Source: Octopus vulgaris
Lineage: Eukaryota
NCBI GenBank assembly: GCA_951406725.2
Contig: OX597815.1
Coordinates: 28,272,001 to 28,336,000, forward strand
Reading direction: 5' to 3'
DNA length: 64,000 nt
Shown: in pieces, positions 1 to 13,930 of the stretch
Numbering within the stretch: position 1 is the first letter of the stretch
Layout of the letters: the number at the start of each line of letters is the position of its first letter
Notes under the pieces: generated by a model
What the model was told of the DNA's origin: nothing
The model's database searches: none
The model's input: only the letters and a program-made list of their open reading frames with translations
Program-made: the position numbers and the translations under genes

Positions 1-314
1 CAGAATACTATTTTCACTTTCATATGATTAATTCTTGTGAGTGTATGTTTCTTGCAGCACTAGTAACAGAGAAAAGGTATTTTAAGATTGGGTGTCCTAT
101 ATTGTTTTTATTTCAGGGAAATAAAAACAGTATAGCTGTCCCATCTTTGTTGGCTGATGAGAATCCTATTGAGGTGTCACACATCCCTATTATATGAGTC
201 ACATTTCTATTGAGATAAAGCAAGATGGAGAAAGTAGAGAGAGAAATAAAAGGAGAAATGAACATAAAAAGGTTAAACATAAAAAGCAGAGAAAGGGCAA
301 GAGAGAAAGCAAAG

Positions 315-317
<3 letters not shown>

Positions 318-391
<74 letters not shown>
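318..391. repeat. (TA)n(GA)n microsatellite
   Basis: Direct reading. Confidence 0.98.
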
Positions 392-392
<1 letters not shown>

Positions 393-729
393 AAGTTATC
401 ATGTGTTTGTAATAAAAAGAAATCATCAAAATGATTTAATATCCCCCAATAAGAGATGTTTAACAGGGACTTTTCAAGATAGCTCATTACTGAAGAGTGA
501 TTAAAACTGTAGGCATGTTTACAGAGAAATAATGTGTTTCTTTCAGATTCCATCTTCTAAATTCACTCACAAGGTTGTTGTAGAAGCCACCTGTCCAAGA
601 TGCCACTTAGTAGGACTGAGCCTGAAATGGTTGGGAAGTGAATCACACCTGCACCTGTATATCATTAGTATTCTCCATTGCTGGAGAAAGGGAAACAGTG
701 ACTGGGCCACCCTGATTCTTCTGATAAGA

Positions 730-736
<7 letters not shown>

Positions 737-814
<78 letters not shown>
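737..814. repeat. (GA)n microsatellite
   Basis: Direct reading. Confidence 0.98.
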
Positions 815-817
<3 letters not shown>

Positions 818-2979
818 TGAATTCTTTACACACACACACACCAATGCCTCATAGACACATTATTCATCATTTCCAGAAATCTGAAAGGCATGATTGACAT
901 CAACAGGAGTTGAACCTAGAATTCAAAGAACTGGAATGAACACAGCATGGCATTCTATCCAACAGTCCAACGATTGCCAGTTCACTAACACCATATAGAC
1001 AAAAATGGGTGGGTGGGGAGACTGAAAACAAGCCTTAATGAACACGAGACCATGTTAAAACACTGCCAAGTTCAATTCCAACAGCATCAACAGAATTAGG
1101 TGCCTAATAAAGACAAGTCACAATGACAAGTTTTAATATTAATTACTATGTAAATAAATATCCAAATTTTCTGCATTCTTGAAAAGAATGAAATTTCCTA
1201 TCAAACATTATGATCTTTGCAATTGTCTTTAACCATTGGGTAATTAATGTTTTCCGTCTGACAGTTGATCTAACTCGCTACTTGATATGAATACTTTGTT
1301 TACCACATGGCACCAGAGAAATTGCATCATTTGAAATCTTGACATAAACATTATATGAAACCACAATTCCACATAGTTTAGTATAATATTTGTAGTATTA
1401 ATAACGAACATAGAAATAACTGTCTGAAAAGGAGGAATGGGGAATAAGAAAAAAAGAAAAGAAAGAAAGCAAGGTTGTAAGTTTCACAAAAGAACTGACA
1501 GGTAACAGGTAATTAGGAATAGCAAATTATTTCAAGGTAAAATAGTTCTGGGAGGGTATGTAAGTGCATGTTGATAGGGAATAAATTATAAATATATTGC
1601 CTATTTTCTTTTTCCTGTGTGTGATTCCAATCATTAATTTTATATTTCCTTTGTTTACATTCGGTAGAGGATAGCAAAATAATAAACAAATAAATCTGAT
1701 GGGAGCAGAGACAGTCAAAGAAGTCAAAGGTAATTATGAAAACAAAACACAAACGCAACATAGATATGAAAGAAGCTGCAGAGACGAAGGTTATAATACA
1801 TTTTCTGTCTCTAGCTCAGCTACACTATCATATTACATCATACTTAAAATAAACAATTCTGCATGCGTCTCAGTGATGTGATGACACAGGCCTACAGTTT
1901 TAGATTGTGCTGAAAGAACCAAAGACACATAGAGAATATTTTGGCAGTTGTACCAACATATGACTGACATATCAAATGTCAGATGAAACAAGTTTGGAAT
2001 TTGTGAGGAATTGTTTAAGCAAAAATCACTGAGATATTACACCAACGATCATAATTTGAGAACAGCACAAAATGTAAGAGTAATTAATATATAAAACCAT
2101 TTGGAATTATCATTTTATACATTGTAAGTGAATGATCTTTAAACTCAAAAAGCTATGTTAATGAGAATCTTAATTTCTGGCAGGTCTAACAATATCATTT
2201 GAAACGAAGCAAAGGTTAAAAAAATGAGCTTAGTTTAAAATTGTGTCAATCACAAAACTTAGGCTAATTAGCAAAAATATGTACTTAATATACTTAATGC
2301 AACAAACTAAGAAATCTTAAAATAATATCCAAAGTGAGCTTAATTCAGGGGAAGCAACCCCAGAATTTAAATCCATGTGGGTATATAGTGGGTGAGGTGA
2401 GACAGAAGTCCTGTGACAACTCTGTACATGTTTTGGCATCATTAGACCATACTTTTAATAGTAGTCATACCTGAGATGAGAACATTTGGACTGTTTGTAA
2501 ATATCTGATTAGCTAACTACATGTTAAAAGAATACTTGGGAAGCATTGCCTGACACTATTCAATAACAGTAGCACTACTTTCTAATAATTGTCTCATTCT
2601 AAGTTCATTTGCTGCCATCATGCTTTATCACCATGAATCACAATGGAAGCAACCTTAACCATTTGAATATCAACAACTGACCTGAAACTACCACTGGATC
2701 CATGATAAAAAATCCTTTCATTTTGAACTGTTCATATTTAAATTAAAACCTGTTACCATAATCTAATGTATGAACTTTTTTGTTAAATTTTGAATAATAA
2801 CAACAGACCAGATGGACAGTTGTTGATTTATATACATTTTATCTGTGTTAATTGTTATTTATTTCTAATTAGCTTATCTGATAAAGGATCTAACTTTAAT
2901 ACAAATTTAATAAATAACAAAGTTGGTTATTTTGATAAATATTTCAATATTTCAAATATTATTAAGTAGGGTTTTAAGA

Positions 2980-3326
2980 GCACCATCCGAGCATGATCAT
3001 TGCCAGAGCAGCTATCTGGCCTCTGTAAAAGACACCATTCGAGCGTGATCGTTACCAGCAGCACCTTACTGGCACCTGTGCTGGTGGCATGTGTGAAAAG
3101 ATTCAAGCGAGGTTGTTACCAGTACCACCTGACTGGACCTGTGCTGGTGGCAAGTAAAAGCACCTACTATACTCTCGGAGTGGTTGGCGTTAGGAAGGGC
3201 ATCCAGCTGTAGAAACTCTGCCAGATCAAGATTGAAGCCTGGTGCAGCCATCTGGTTTGCCAGCCCTTAGTCAAATCGTCCAACCCATGCTAGCATGGAA
3301 AGCAGACGTTAAACAATGATGATGAT
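2980..3326 (+). mobile_element. Interspersed retroposon family F with internal ~50-60 bp repeats and (GAT)n tail
   Basis: Shares GGAGTGGTTGGCGTTAGGAAG.GCATCCA.CTGTAGAAAC...CATGCTAGCATGGAAA..GACGTTAAAC with copies at 19874-20230 and 21978-22442. Confidence 0.8.
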
Positions 3327-3764
3327 TTCAAATGCTTGATTATTTTCAAGAGAAATTGAAGAATACAAGTAGAGTATTTGTGAGAAATATGGTCATGAAA
3401 ATGTTGGGTTTCTGATAGGAAAGTTACATTTGTTTCAGTTTTCCCATCAGGCAAAACAGATTTCACAGCTGAATGCTTAATGCTCTGAACTGTGAAAATA
3501 AATGGCTGCAACAAAAGTAACTTTAGCAACCGAAATAATAATAATTTGTTATGTAAGAACAAAGTCTCAAACTTTGGAGAGGGTTTAGTTGATTAAGTTG
3601 ATTTTAGAACATTACTAGTATTTTATTTTATTGGCCCATGAAAGCATGAAAAGCTATGTTAACCTCAGTAAGTTTTGAACTCAGAACTTAAAAAAGAAGC
3701 CAGAATAATTTCTTCAAAGAATTTTCACTGATACTCTAATAAATCTGTCAGCCCACCAAAATAA

Positions 3765-3805
<41 letters not shown>

Positions 3806-3814
3806 TTAACAAGG

Positions 3815-4022
3815 GTTTCAAATTTTGGCACAAGGCCAGCAAGTGAGGGGGTGGGGTAAGTCAATTACATCAACCCCAAAGCTCAACTGGTACTTATTTT
3901 ATCAACCTTGAAAGGATGACAGGCAAAGTCATCAGTGGAATTTGAACTCAGGACGTAAAGACACACAGAATGCCACTAAGCATTTTGCTTGGCATGGTAA
4001 TGATTCTGCCAGATCACCGCCT
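3815..4022 (-). mobile_element. SINE family B, old CpG-decayed copy between (AAT)n tracts
   Basis: Reverse complement of the GGCGG.GAGCTGGCAG...GAGTTCAAATTCC...CCTTTCATCCTTTC...AAGTACCAG motif. Similar old copies at ~3565-3755, 5043-5262, 18490-18720, 20265-20465. Confidence 0.8.
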
Positions 4023-4041
4023 TAATAATACCAATAATAAT

Positions 4042-4099
<58 letters not shown>

Positions 4100-7000
4100 G
4101 ATAAGTGGGTATTACTTGATTTAAATCCATTTTATCTGTGTTATTTGTTATTTAATTATTTCTAATGCCCAATTAGCTTGTCTAGTTAAGGATCTATCTT
4201 TAGTGTTATACAATATACTATTAGTTTATGGTGTGTTTGTGATTTGCATTAATTCTATAAGAAGATAAGCAGTGCTAATATACCATGCAAAGCAGGTGTC
4301 ATCAAGACAATGTTTTCAATTTCTCTTGTTTACTGAAAGTAGCAAGATTTTGTTTTATCAGGAGTGAAACATATAACTTAGTACTGGTCAGGCCACCAGC
4401 ACTTAGCTATATTAGACTGACTGAATGATATATAAGCTTTCAGATACAAGTGTCAGTCTCCAAATTTATTTAGAGGTTATCAGTAATAAGAAACAAGAAA
4501 TAGCTGTGATGGAATCTCATGATACTGATATATAAATAAGATGAAGGATGATCAAAAGGACTAGTTCAATGAAACCGTTGCAGAGGTGACAATGGGATAG
4601 AGGAAAAGAGTTGTAAGGCGAATGAAAGAGTTGTGGACAAATGAAACATCAAAGAATGATATCAGGAAGTTAGGAGAGAAACAAGATATTTAGAAGAGAA
4701 ACCAAGAACAAGAGATTTCTTTCTTTTGTGTCTGTTGTTGATTATAAGCTTCCAACAGTCAAATGGTATAGCAAGAGTGTGTGCCATCCAGGGTAGCTCT
4801 CTAGAGTTTGCCACCTGCTACCATCACCCAAACCTATACGAACTTATGCAGCAAACACAAAAGTGCTGTCCCTATGAAAGTGTCAAGACAGACTGCCATC
4901 CTCTAGCTACACTACTGCCAACAATTAAACACTGATTCACTATGTTGTTTTAGTGGTGAGGAGTGACAAGGGAGTATCTAACCTGATGAAAGGAACATTA
5001 CTTGTGAAGCACTGTTTGTTGGTTTACTCACTACTGCTAATATTGGTTTCATATTGTCGGCACAAGGCCAGCAATTTTAGGGGGGATGGGATAAGTTGAT
5101 TACATCAACCTCAGTATCAACAGATACTTATTTTATCAACTCTGAAGAGAAATCAAAGGCAAAGTCAACCTCAGCAGAATTTGAACTCAGAACGTAAAGA
5201 CAGATGAAATACTGCTAAGCTTTTTGCCTGGCATGCTAATGATTCTGCGAGCTCACCACCTCACCACTACTTATATTGCATGCCAATATACATCAGTGGA
5301 TTTGACACACATACATAACTGTATATATGATTGGCTCCTGCACAGTTTTTGTCTACCAACTCCCACTCACAACATAGAACACATTTGCTAATGTAGTTTG
5401 ATGTACACAATGCCTCAAAAAGATTGGATAGTCATGGATTGAGTGCTTTTGATTAAATATCTACACAATCAAGTCTGACCTGGGATAAACAACAGTCATA
5501 AATAACAAAAAAAAAAAATAAAGATAAGAAGAAGACATAAGAACTTGGGCATTTAATTAGATGATCTGGGATTGGTGGAGAGAAATATGTCAGGTAGCAT
5601 ACATTGAATATGTCACGTTGACTTGCATGAAAACTAGAGTACAAATGATCTGAGAGAACAGCTAGGTATTCAAGGTGTCAGCTGATGTAAACAACAGATG
5701 ATGTTGACTCAACTATAAATGCTGGCTGAAACAGTGCTGTGCGCTGTCAACAGAGGGAGTATATAGACCAGGTAAATTGAAGAAGATATGTTAAGAAATG
5801 ACGAGGCTAAATCTCATGATGCTGGGCATCATAGTTGAGATGATGAAAGACAGATAATTTCGACATACGTTATAGCTAATACGTCTAAATCATTCTAGTA
5901 GAGATAAGTGGCTGTTGAATTGATGATGATATTAAACATGTTCACTTGTAAAGTGAAAGTCATTTCAAAAACTGCTAAGAAAAAAAAAATTGATAGTGGC
6001 TTTTTCTGTTAATAGTTCAACATATTTGCAATTTTTACTGATCCTGTGAGTTATAGATGGAATCTCTTTTGCACAGACAGCTATTAGTTTTGGTTCTGCT
6101 AAGATTTAAAGAATGGACTCTGTGGATGTCTCAGGAGCCAAAAAATATCATACTCTAGTTTAACCCTTTAGCATTCAAATTGACCATCTCTGGCCAAAAT
6201 AGTCTGTCTCTTGTCCAGAAAATATGAAATCAAATTTTCAATTAAAAAATAGTTGGGAAATATTTTCCATTGAAATAATATTTGGGAAATCTCTGCATCC
6301 TAATCTTTTACAGAAAATTCCAAATTTTTACTTTATATTTTGACATTTTATTTTAAAGAGCTTATAATTATGTTTTAGCCTGTTTATTTATTTTAAATAC
6401 AGTATAAAGTTTCTGTCATAAAAAAACCAGACAAACAAAAATGAAAATAAAAGAATTTAAATTTGAATCCTTGAAATTTTCATTTCTAACTTTGCCAATA
6501 ATTCTAACAGTAGTCCTATTCTCAGAAGTTATTGATCTGAAGACGAACAACGACAGCTTTTCTACAATAATTCTAATATTTGTTCTTTTTAATGAAAACT
6601 GTACAACTACATTTCAGCAAGAGCTGTAACAAGTTATCAATGCAACAGAAAGCCATAACTCTTTATACCTGACTAACATTATGATGAATAAGTCAAGTTA
6701 AACAGTTGATGTTGGAGCAGCTTTTCTTGATAGACTCAAGAAAAGATTAACTGCAGATTGTGGAAATGAAGAAAATAAATTCTAGAACAAGAGGATATTA
6801 ATCCATGGCAAAATAAAAATGAAATTAGATTTATCTGTTACTACATCTAACTGAAAGTGTCAAATGATATAAAGGTAATCTTCAAGACAGTACAATTTGT
6901 TAATTCACTTAGTAACCAAGATGAACTTGTAACGTTTTAAAAGTCACATGACTAAGAATGAAGGAAAGGATTAATCATGAATTTTATCTTCATAGTAAGT

Positions 7001-7126
7001 GAATGGTGGAATTAGAGTTACTATAAATTGCATTTATAGTAACTCTAACTCCATAACTCAATTATACAGATTATTGTTGGATCAAACCCAGTGTTTCTCT
7101 ACCATTTTCTGTCTCATGTCCTACTT

Positions 7127-7568
<442 letters not shown>

Positions 7569-7775
7569 TGACCGCGTGTGTACCATTGGTGATTTTTTTC
7601 CCTCTGTCTTCTTGTCTCTGGATCTTTCCTTCTCCTATGTTTCTGACGAAGAGCTCCACTCGAAATGTTAAACCCTCCTCCTTTCCTTCTTTCCTGAGCG
7701 TCCAATAATACTATATTTGTTCCACGTCCTCACGTTGTTGTGATCTTTTGTGCTTTCTTGTTTGGATTAACTTTA
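7569..7775 (+). mobile_element. Short Penelope-like non-autonomous element (family E) in (TA)n, carrying a hammerhead motif
   Basis: Homologous copies at 36531-36737 (+) and 52740-52883 (-), all TA-flanked. Confidence 0.75.
7639..7673 (+). ncRNA. Minimal type I hammerhead ribozyme motif
   Basis: GTTT-CTGACGA-AGAG-CTCCA-CTC-GAAA-TG-TT-AAAC: helix I GTTT/AAAC, core CUGANGA and GAAA, short helix II. Confidence 0.7.
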
Positions 7776-7787
7776 TGTATATATATG

Positions 7788-7895
<108 letters not shown>

Positions 7896-7926
7896 ATATA
7901 CATGTATATATGTGTATATATGTATG

Positions 7927-7957
<31 letters not shown>

Positions 7958-7973
7958 CATGTATATATGTGTA

Positions 7974-8016
<43 letters not shown>

Positions 8017-8091
8017 ATATGTGTATATATGTATATATATATATATATATATTATAGAGAGAGAGAGAGAGAGGGAGGATTTTTGAAAAAA

Positions 8092-9045
8092 ACAAAAGAC
8101 AAAGACAGGTGGTGTAGAAAATAAACAGATGTATTAGTTTAATGCTCGGGAAGTGAAAAATTCTTTAACGTTTCGAGCCAACGCTCTTCCACAGAAAGGA
8201 ACACAGAAAGAAACAAGGAGAGAATAAAAATGTGTGTAGTGGCTACCAATCTATCATGGTGAATGCCGGACAGAAGGGTCACACAAGAGAGCTAAGAAGT
8301 AGGGGAGATAACAAAGTAGTAGTGATCCCAAAACGAAGGTGTGCGTGTGTGTAAGAGAGAACTATGTGCGTGTGAAAGAGGGCTGGTGATCTTGACATGT
8401 GCGTGTGTGTATGTGTAGGTGTGAAAATGTGGGGATGGGAATTGGTCAGTGCTAGTGTGTGCGTGGTGATGTGTTGTGTGGTATGGTGTAATGTGGCGTG
8501 GTGTGATGGTGTTGGGAGTTGGGGGAGGTGAGAATGGGGAAAGTATGGGTGGGGTGTGGGTTAGGCTGAGGGTTGGGGGTAGAGGTGGGGTATGTGGGTA
8601 GGCAAAGAGTGGGGGTAGAGGGTGTAAGTGATGGGATGGGGTGGGATTGGAAGGATAAGGAAGGTGGGTAGGAATGTGTAGGGGGGCTTATGGGGGAGGG
8701 TTGACAGTGAAGGGAGAAGGGGAAGGTGGGTATGATAGAGAGTAAGAGAGAAAGAAAGTAGGGATGAAGAGAAGGAGTTGGAGCAAGAGAGGCGGTGGGT
8801 GGGAGGGGGAAAGAGGCAAGGGGAGGAGGTCAGATGAAGAAGGGAAGAGAGTTGAGCCCATGTGGCACAAAGGAGCGAAGAGAGAAGATTAGTCCCAGTT
8901 CACGGCGCAAACGGGAGTCTGGATGGCTTCTGTGCAAGGACAATCTGAACATGGACAGGTATTGCAAAAAGTGACCAGTAGAGCGGAAATGGCATGAGAC
9001 TGGGGATGTCATTGGCGAGGTGGATGTCTTGGAGGTGTTCCACAG
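8092..9045 (-). mobile_element. 5'-truncated Penelope-like element: C-terminal GIY-YIG endonuclease relic plus 3' region with hammerhead-like motif
   Basis: Minus frames give EHLQDI...SPVSCHFRSTGH...DSRLRRELGLIFSLRSFVPHGLN, the typical PLE GIY-YIG end (EH..DI..PV..HF...H...R...E..LIF.L....P.GLN). The terminal ~140 bp matches 48600-48773. Confidence 0.85.
8163..8198 (-). ncRNA. Hammerhead-like motif with variant core (CUGUGGA)
   Basis: CTTT-CTGTGGA-AGAGC-GTTG-GCTC-GAAA-CG-TT-AAAG on the minus strand. Confidence 0.55.
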
Positions 9046-9199
9046 GGACTGTCAGTAAGGTGAAGGTTGGCAGCATGTATAGTGAAGATTCCAGGTAAAG
9101 GGAGGAGTCCACCAATGTTCAGTTCTCAGCCCCCTCCTATTTATCTTAGTTCTCCAGGAAAGAACAGAGGAATTCAAGACAGGATGCCCCTAGGAGCCA

Positions 9200-9720
9200 A
9201 GTTTGAAGAAAATATCTCTTTTTTGGTCTCTTAAATATACTGCATTTTGTGGCATTATTTCAAGCCAGCCAGCTTTTTTTGTGCAAACAACACGTGCATT
9301 TTTCTCGTGTACGCATAGTATCGATCGCAACAGCTGATGTACTTGTGTGTAAAAATGCACGTTCCCACGGTTTTTTCGATTGCATTCTCACCTGGAATCG
9401 ATTTTTGTATTTTTTTCAAGACTTATACATGCCCTGATACCATCGGTATTTACATATCAAATTTGAGCGCAATCGGATGGAGGATGCCCGAGATCCTAGA
9501 AGACACACACACACACAGACAGAACGGATTTTTGTCAGTGAACAGGTCGCGGTCTTAAAGCAACGAAAATATTTTGACAAATTAAACTTAAATGTTGAAG
9601 TGAATCGAATGGCTTTTGAGTGTTTCTTAAATGGCTTACAAACACCTTCCACGCTGCAATTGCTTTCGTTTCAGCACACGATCTCAGATCAAATCACTTG
9701 CTATGCAAGTACATCTCCAT
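9200..9720 (-). mobile_element. Possible Helentron/DINE-like non-autonomous element
   Basis: CpG-rich patch. Minus strand reads CTGTCTGTGTGTG..GATCTC..CCGATTGCGCTCAAATTTG, with terminal hairpin ACTTGC-TAT-GCAAGT near 9696-9710. Confidence 0.4.
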
Positions 9721-9721
9721 A

Positions 9722-9816
<95 letters not shown>

Positions 9817-11584
9817 CATATATATATATACATACATATATACAATTATAGAAAAGCACTCTATCATGAATGAACAAAGTATATGGACTAGTTTCATGTG
9901 ATTGTGGTTAACAAGTGACCACAGATGGAATCCTTCTGTAGACAAAATCTAATTCAGCCGTCACTGTTCCACTCAGGTGAAGATACACAACAGTTACCAA
10001 CATCGTGATAATAAGCAGTTCCTGCAGTTTCTATGTGGGGCACAGAAACATGTCTGATGTTTATTTCACCTGTATACTCTTTAGAAATTTTAAGACTTTA
10101 TTGTAGTTATTAATCCCAGATTCCCTTCTGAAGTTCAATGTTCTACCTATATATAGGCATTCCCCTTTCCCCACCTTGAAAAACACTGATCTACCCCAAA
10201 ACTATTTAGTAAACTGATGTTAAACCAGCCTTTCCTGAACTATGGTCAGGCATCTTCTATAACAGGAGTGAAATTCTCAAAGTATTCTTCACAATGTTCG
10301 TCATCATAATTTATGTCTGTTCCCATCCTTAATGTAGGTATATTTCTATCCTTTGTAATTTCATCTATGTGATTTATAACTCTCAAGATTACTTTTAAAC
10401 AACTGCACCTCAAATTTTTAATGCTATTCTTCCATCCTTGGATATCTCTGAATAACCATTGTACGAAATCTGATGCTCTTAACAATCTTGAGAGATCTGA
10501 CACTTTTAAACTATGGGTAGTGGATAGGTGCAGTTATGTGAAATCTAAGTGATGAGTATAGAAACAGCAAATGATGATAAGAGGTAAATAAATGGATGTA
10601 TAAATGGGTATTTGGATGAACACATGATAACAATGTTTAGCAGAGTGATAAAATAACAAATAGCTATAAACTGAAAGCCTTGTTGCTGGTTTAATTTTAA
10701 ATACCTATTCTTGAAAGCAGTAATGAAATAAGTATTAAATCTTAAATCAGTAACAAAACTTCTAATCAACAATTATTTCTTATTTTATCACTTGATTATA
10801 TACTATTTTTATACACTCCATCATAGCCTTAGTTGTGATGACTAAAACAAAAAAAAAAAATAACTAGATGTAGAATACAAACATTAAGTCCTCAGACAGC
10901 ATCCACCAGAAGCTCTATATCTTCATCTTGGTACATACTTATAACTCATAATTAGCATGCTATTGAGGGTATCTACAAATAAGATAGTATACCTAGCCTT
11001 TTTCAAGTGCTTGTCATATTTGGTGATCTTCTCAGAATATCAAGCCAAACCCTTCATTAAATCAACAGAGTAGATTCTTCTTATTCTACGGTCAATTTGT
11101 GATGTTACTCACTCATTCAGCTTGAACCAGAGTATATACCATTTTTGATGGCATAAAAGTTGCACAGGCATATTAGATGGACCCCAATTACAGCAGTATA
11201 TATTCAGATTTAAAAAAAAGGTTTTAGACAAAATTAACTTCTGGGAGGCCCAACTTCACATTTAAGGTCTGGGCTGGTTTTATGAAGGATTTTTTTTTTT
11301 TTTGAGGAAAGAAAGTTATCTTATATACCATCAAATATGGTATTGCTTGAAAGATCCAGGAACTGAAATCCCATCTACAAACTAAACTACTATACTTAGC
11401 ACACTGTACTTAAAGCAATACTAAATGTCATATGTTAAGTAATGCAGTTTATGTCCAGAGAGGCTGCTCTTTTAGATACATAGCTGTCATTATGTCATAA
11501 AAGACCGTTTCTCCTACACATCTTTATACAGTTTGCTTTCATGTCATAACGTTTTTATTCAGAGTTCCCATACTCTTACATGAA

Positions 11585-11983
11585 TTATCTTCACTATAAC
11601 TCTGAGCACCTTTTCAAACTCCACCCGTCTAACACCTGTGGGCATATTTACAAAGTCAGAAAACAGCACAGCTCCCATGACTTTCGGAAACATTTTTTCA
11701 CGCTGAGAGTTGCTGAAGCATGGAACAAACTGCCGGCATCAGTTGTTAGTTGTCGGAGCACTGCATCCTTCAAAACTTCCATGCTTCCTGAGATTCGCTG
11801 CTCTTTTAGATACACTACACCTGATTTTCTCCCCTCCATACATACGCAAGCATGTGTCTGACTTATACACTGTTCGCTTTCCAGACAGTTGTACATTACT
11901 GCATATGCTTTATACGCACTTTTGACAAGTTGTGGTGCACCTGAGCACTGTATACAATAATTTCATTATTATTATTATTATTA
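11585..11983 (+). mobile_element. CR1-group LINE 3' end (5'-truncated) with (ATT)n tail
   Basis: Translation NTCGHIYKV...FRKHFFTLRVAEAWNKLPASVV...ASFK is the typical CR1 ORF2 C-terminus. Confidence 0.88.
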
Positions 11984-13614
11984 TAGTTGAAGAACTGTAT
12001 CTCACCTAAGAGGTGTAAAAAGAGATGGCAGTTACAACCTAGAATAAGCAACATGTGATTTCATGACTCTCCTGGTGACATACTAGCTAACAGCACAATG
12101 TTTACAAATAAAGAATTGTCTGTCAAGCAAATGACCTATTTTTAGATGCAGTTTAGAATATAAGCATGCAATGGGGTGTCCCATACCAGCTGTTTGATTA
12201 AATCCACAATACAGTATAGTTGTATTTTTCATGACGTGGACAGCTGTTCAGGACTGAAGTATTTTCTAATATGGAAATGAAATCTAGTATTTGTAAATTT
12301 GTAATGCAATCTAGGTTATTTGGAACATGCATGGTAAACATGGAATTGTTATCCAAAAGAATAATAAGTTTGAAAATTTAACTTTGGTCATTTTAGTCTT
12401 ATTGTGAGTTTGTTTCTTTGAGTTTGTATAATCAGCAGTTTAGTAATGTTAAGTGAAAGTAAATCACAAAGTGCCTATTACAGAATAACTTTTGAGATAA
12501 CTATTAGGAGGTATTTTCTGTACAACTACAGAGCTAAGTATGAAACAATCTTTACACTGTTTAATTCCAGGAATCTGATCTGAGCCACTGTTTGTTGTTC
12601 AAACTGTTATTCTTATCAGAACCCTGGAATGATTTAAGAGCCTCAAATTTTGGTTTATTTCTAGGTGGTGCAAAATCTAGTCATAAAAAAATATTAGTAA
12701 GCTTTTTTTTTACTATTTGGCCTGGGAGAGAAGGGCAGTGATCATAACTCTTTTTCTTTTCAGGGCCTCCAAGACTAGTAGGAGGAAGGGAGAATTGGTT
12801 CCTGAAAGCTTGCAACAGAGTGAACTTCACTGAAGGCACCCAAAACCACATTGTTGTGTTAAACCAACAATGGATTAAATTTACCACCCAGATTAATTCT
12901 AATACCCATAATCATTTCATTTTACAAGAAAACAATACCTTTTTGTAAATTTTGTCTGTTTATCTCTATGGTAATCTAATCATAAATAATTAATTGAATT
13001 TAATGCAAGCGTATCTGTTAGTAAATATATCATTCATATAAAGTAATGTGTTGTGTCAGATGGACATTACAACAGGTTACAATAAAGAAGATACATTAAA
13101 AGAGGTTATTTTTAATGAAAACAGTATTTGCTTTAAGGATGAAAAGCCATTCAACTATATTAAAATTACTTGCTATATCTCTCTGGATGTGAGATTTTCA
13201 TTAAATATATAGATATCTCTGTTTATTCTACTAGGATTGAGCAGAAAGTATTAACCTTTATTGTAGAAACAGTGGTATTAGGTGTTGGGGTTGGAGTAGC
13301 TGAAGTAATAGCAAAAATAGTAGTGGTGGTGGTAGTAGTAGTAGTGTTGGTTGTAGCAATAAAATTAGCAGTAATAAAAATGATGAAGATGGTAGCTGTG
13401 GCAGTAGTGATGGTCATAATAATAGTATAAAAGAGTAATAGTTGTAATGGATTTGGCTATTATGGTGGCTGTAACAATATTAGTAGTTTTAGTAGTAGTA
13501 GTAGTATGTTGTTGTTGTTTAGTCTCTGGTTAGCCCTAATTGAGCAAACTTATATTCAAAAAGTATTCAAACCATGACCATGTCATCTTTATAATAATAA
13601 TAAAAATAATAATA

Positions 13615-13649
<35 letters not shown>

Positions 13650-13654
13650 AATAG

Positions 13655-13930
13655 GGAAATTATTGTATACAGTGCTCAGGTGCACTACAACTTGTCAAAA
13701 GTGCGTATAAAGCATATGCAGTAATGTACAAATGTCTGGAAGGTGAACAGTGTATGAGTTAGATGCATGCTTGTATGTGTATGGAGGGGAGAAAGTCAGG
13801 TGTAGTGTTGGTGAATCTCAGGAAGCATGGAGGTTTTAAAGAATGCAGTGCTCTGACAACGAACAACTGATGCCAGCAGTTTGTTCCATGCTTCAGCAAC
13901 TCTTAGTGTGAAAAAATGTTTCCGAAAGTT
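13655..13930 (-). mobile_element. Second copy of the same CR1-group LINE 3' end, inverted
   Basis: FRKHFFTLRVAEAWNKL, with a 3'UTR closely matching 11680-11965. Confidence 0.88.

Noticed and set aside
4982-4995. Isolated CTGATGA words (also at 19382)
   Set aside because: No helix II or correctly placed GAAA/NUH, so these are expected by chance.
9880-9980. Further hammerhead on the minus strand (GAAAC-TA-GTC) beside a TA tract
   Set aside because: No convincing CUGANGA box or helix I. At best a heavily decayed relic.
13170-13520. Val-rich transmembrane-like ORF
   Set aside because: Degenerate (GTA/GTG)n repeat.
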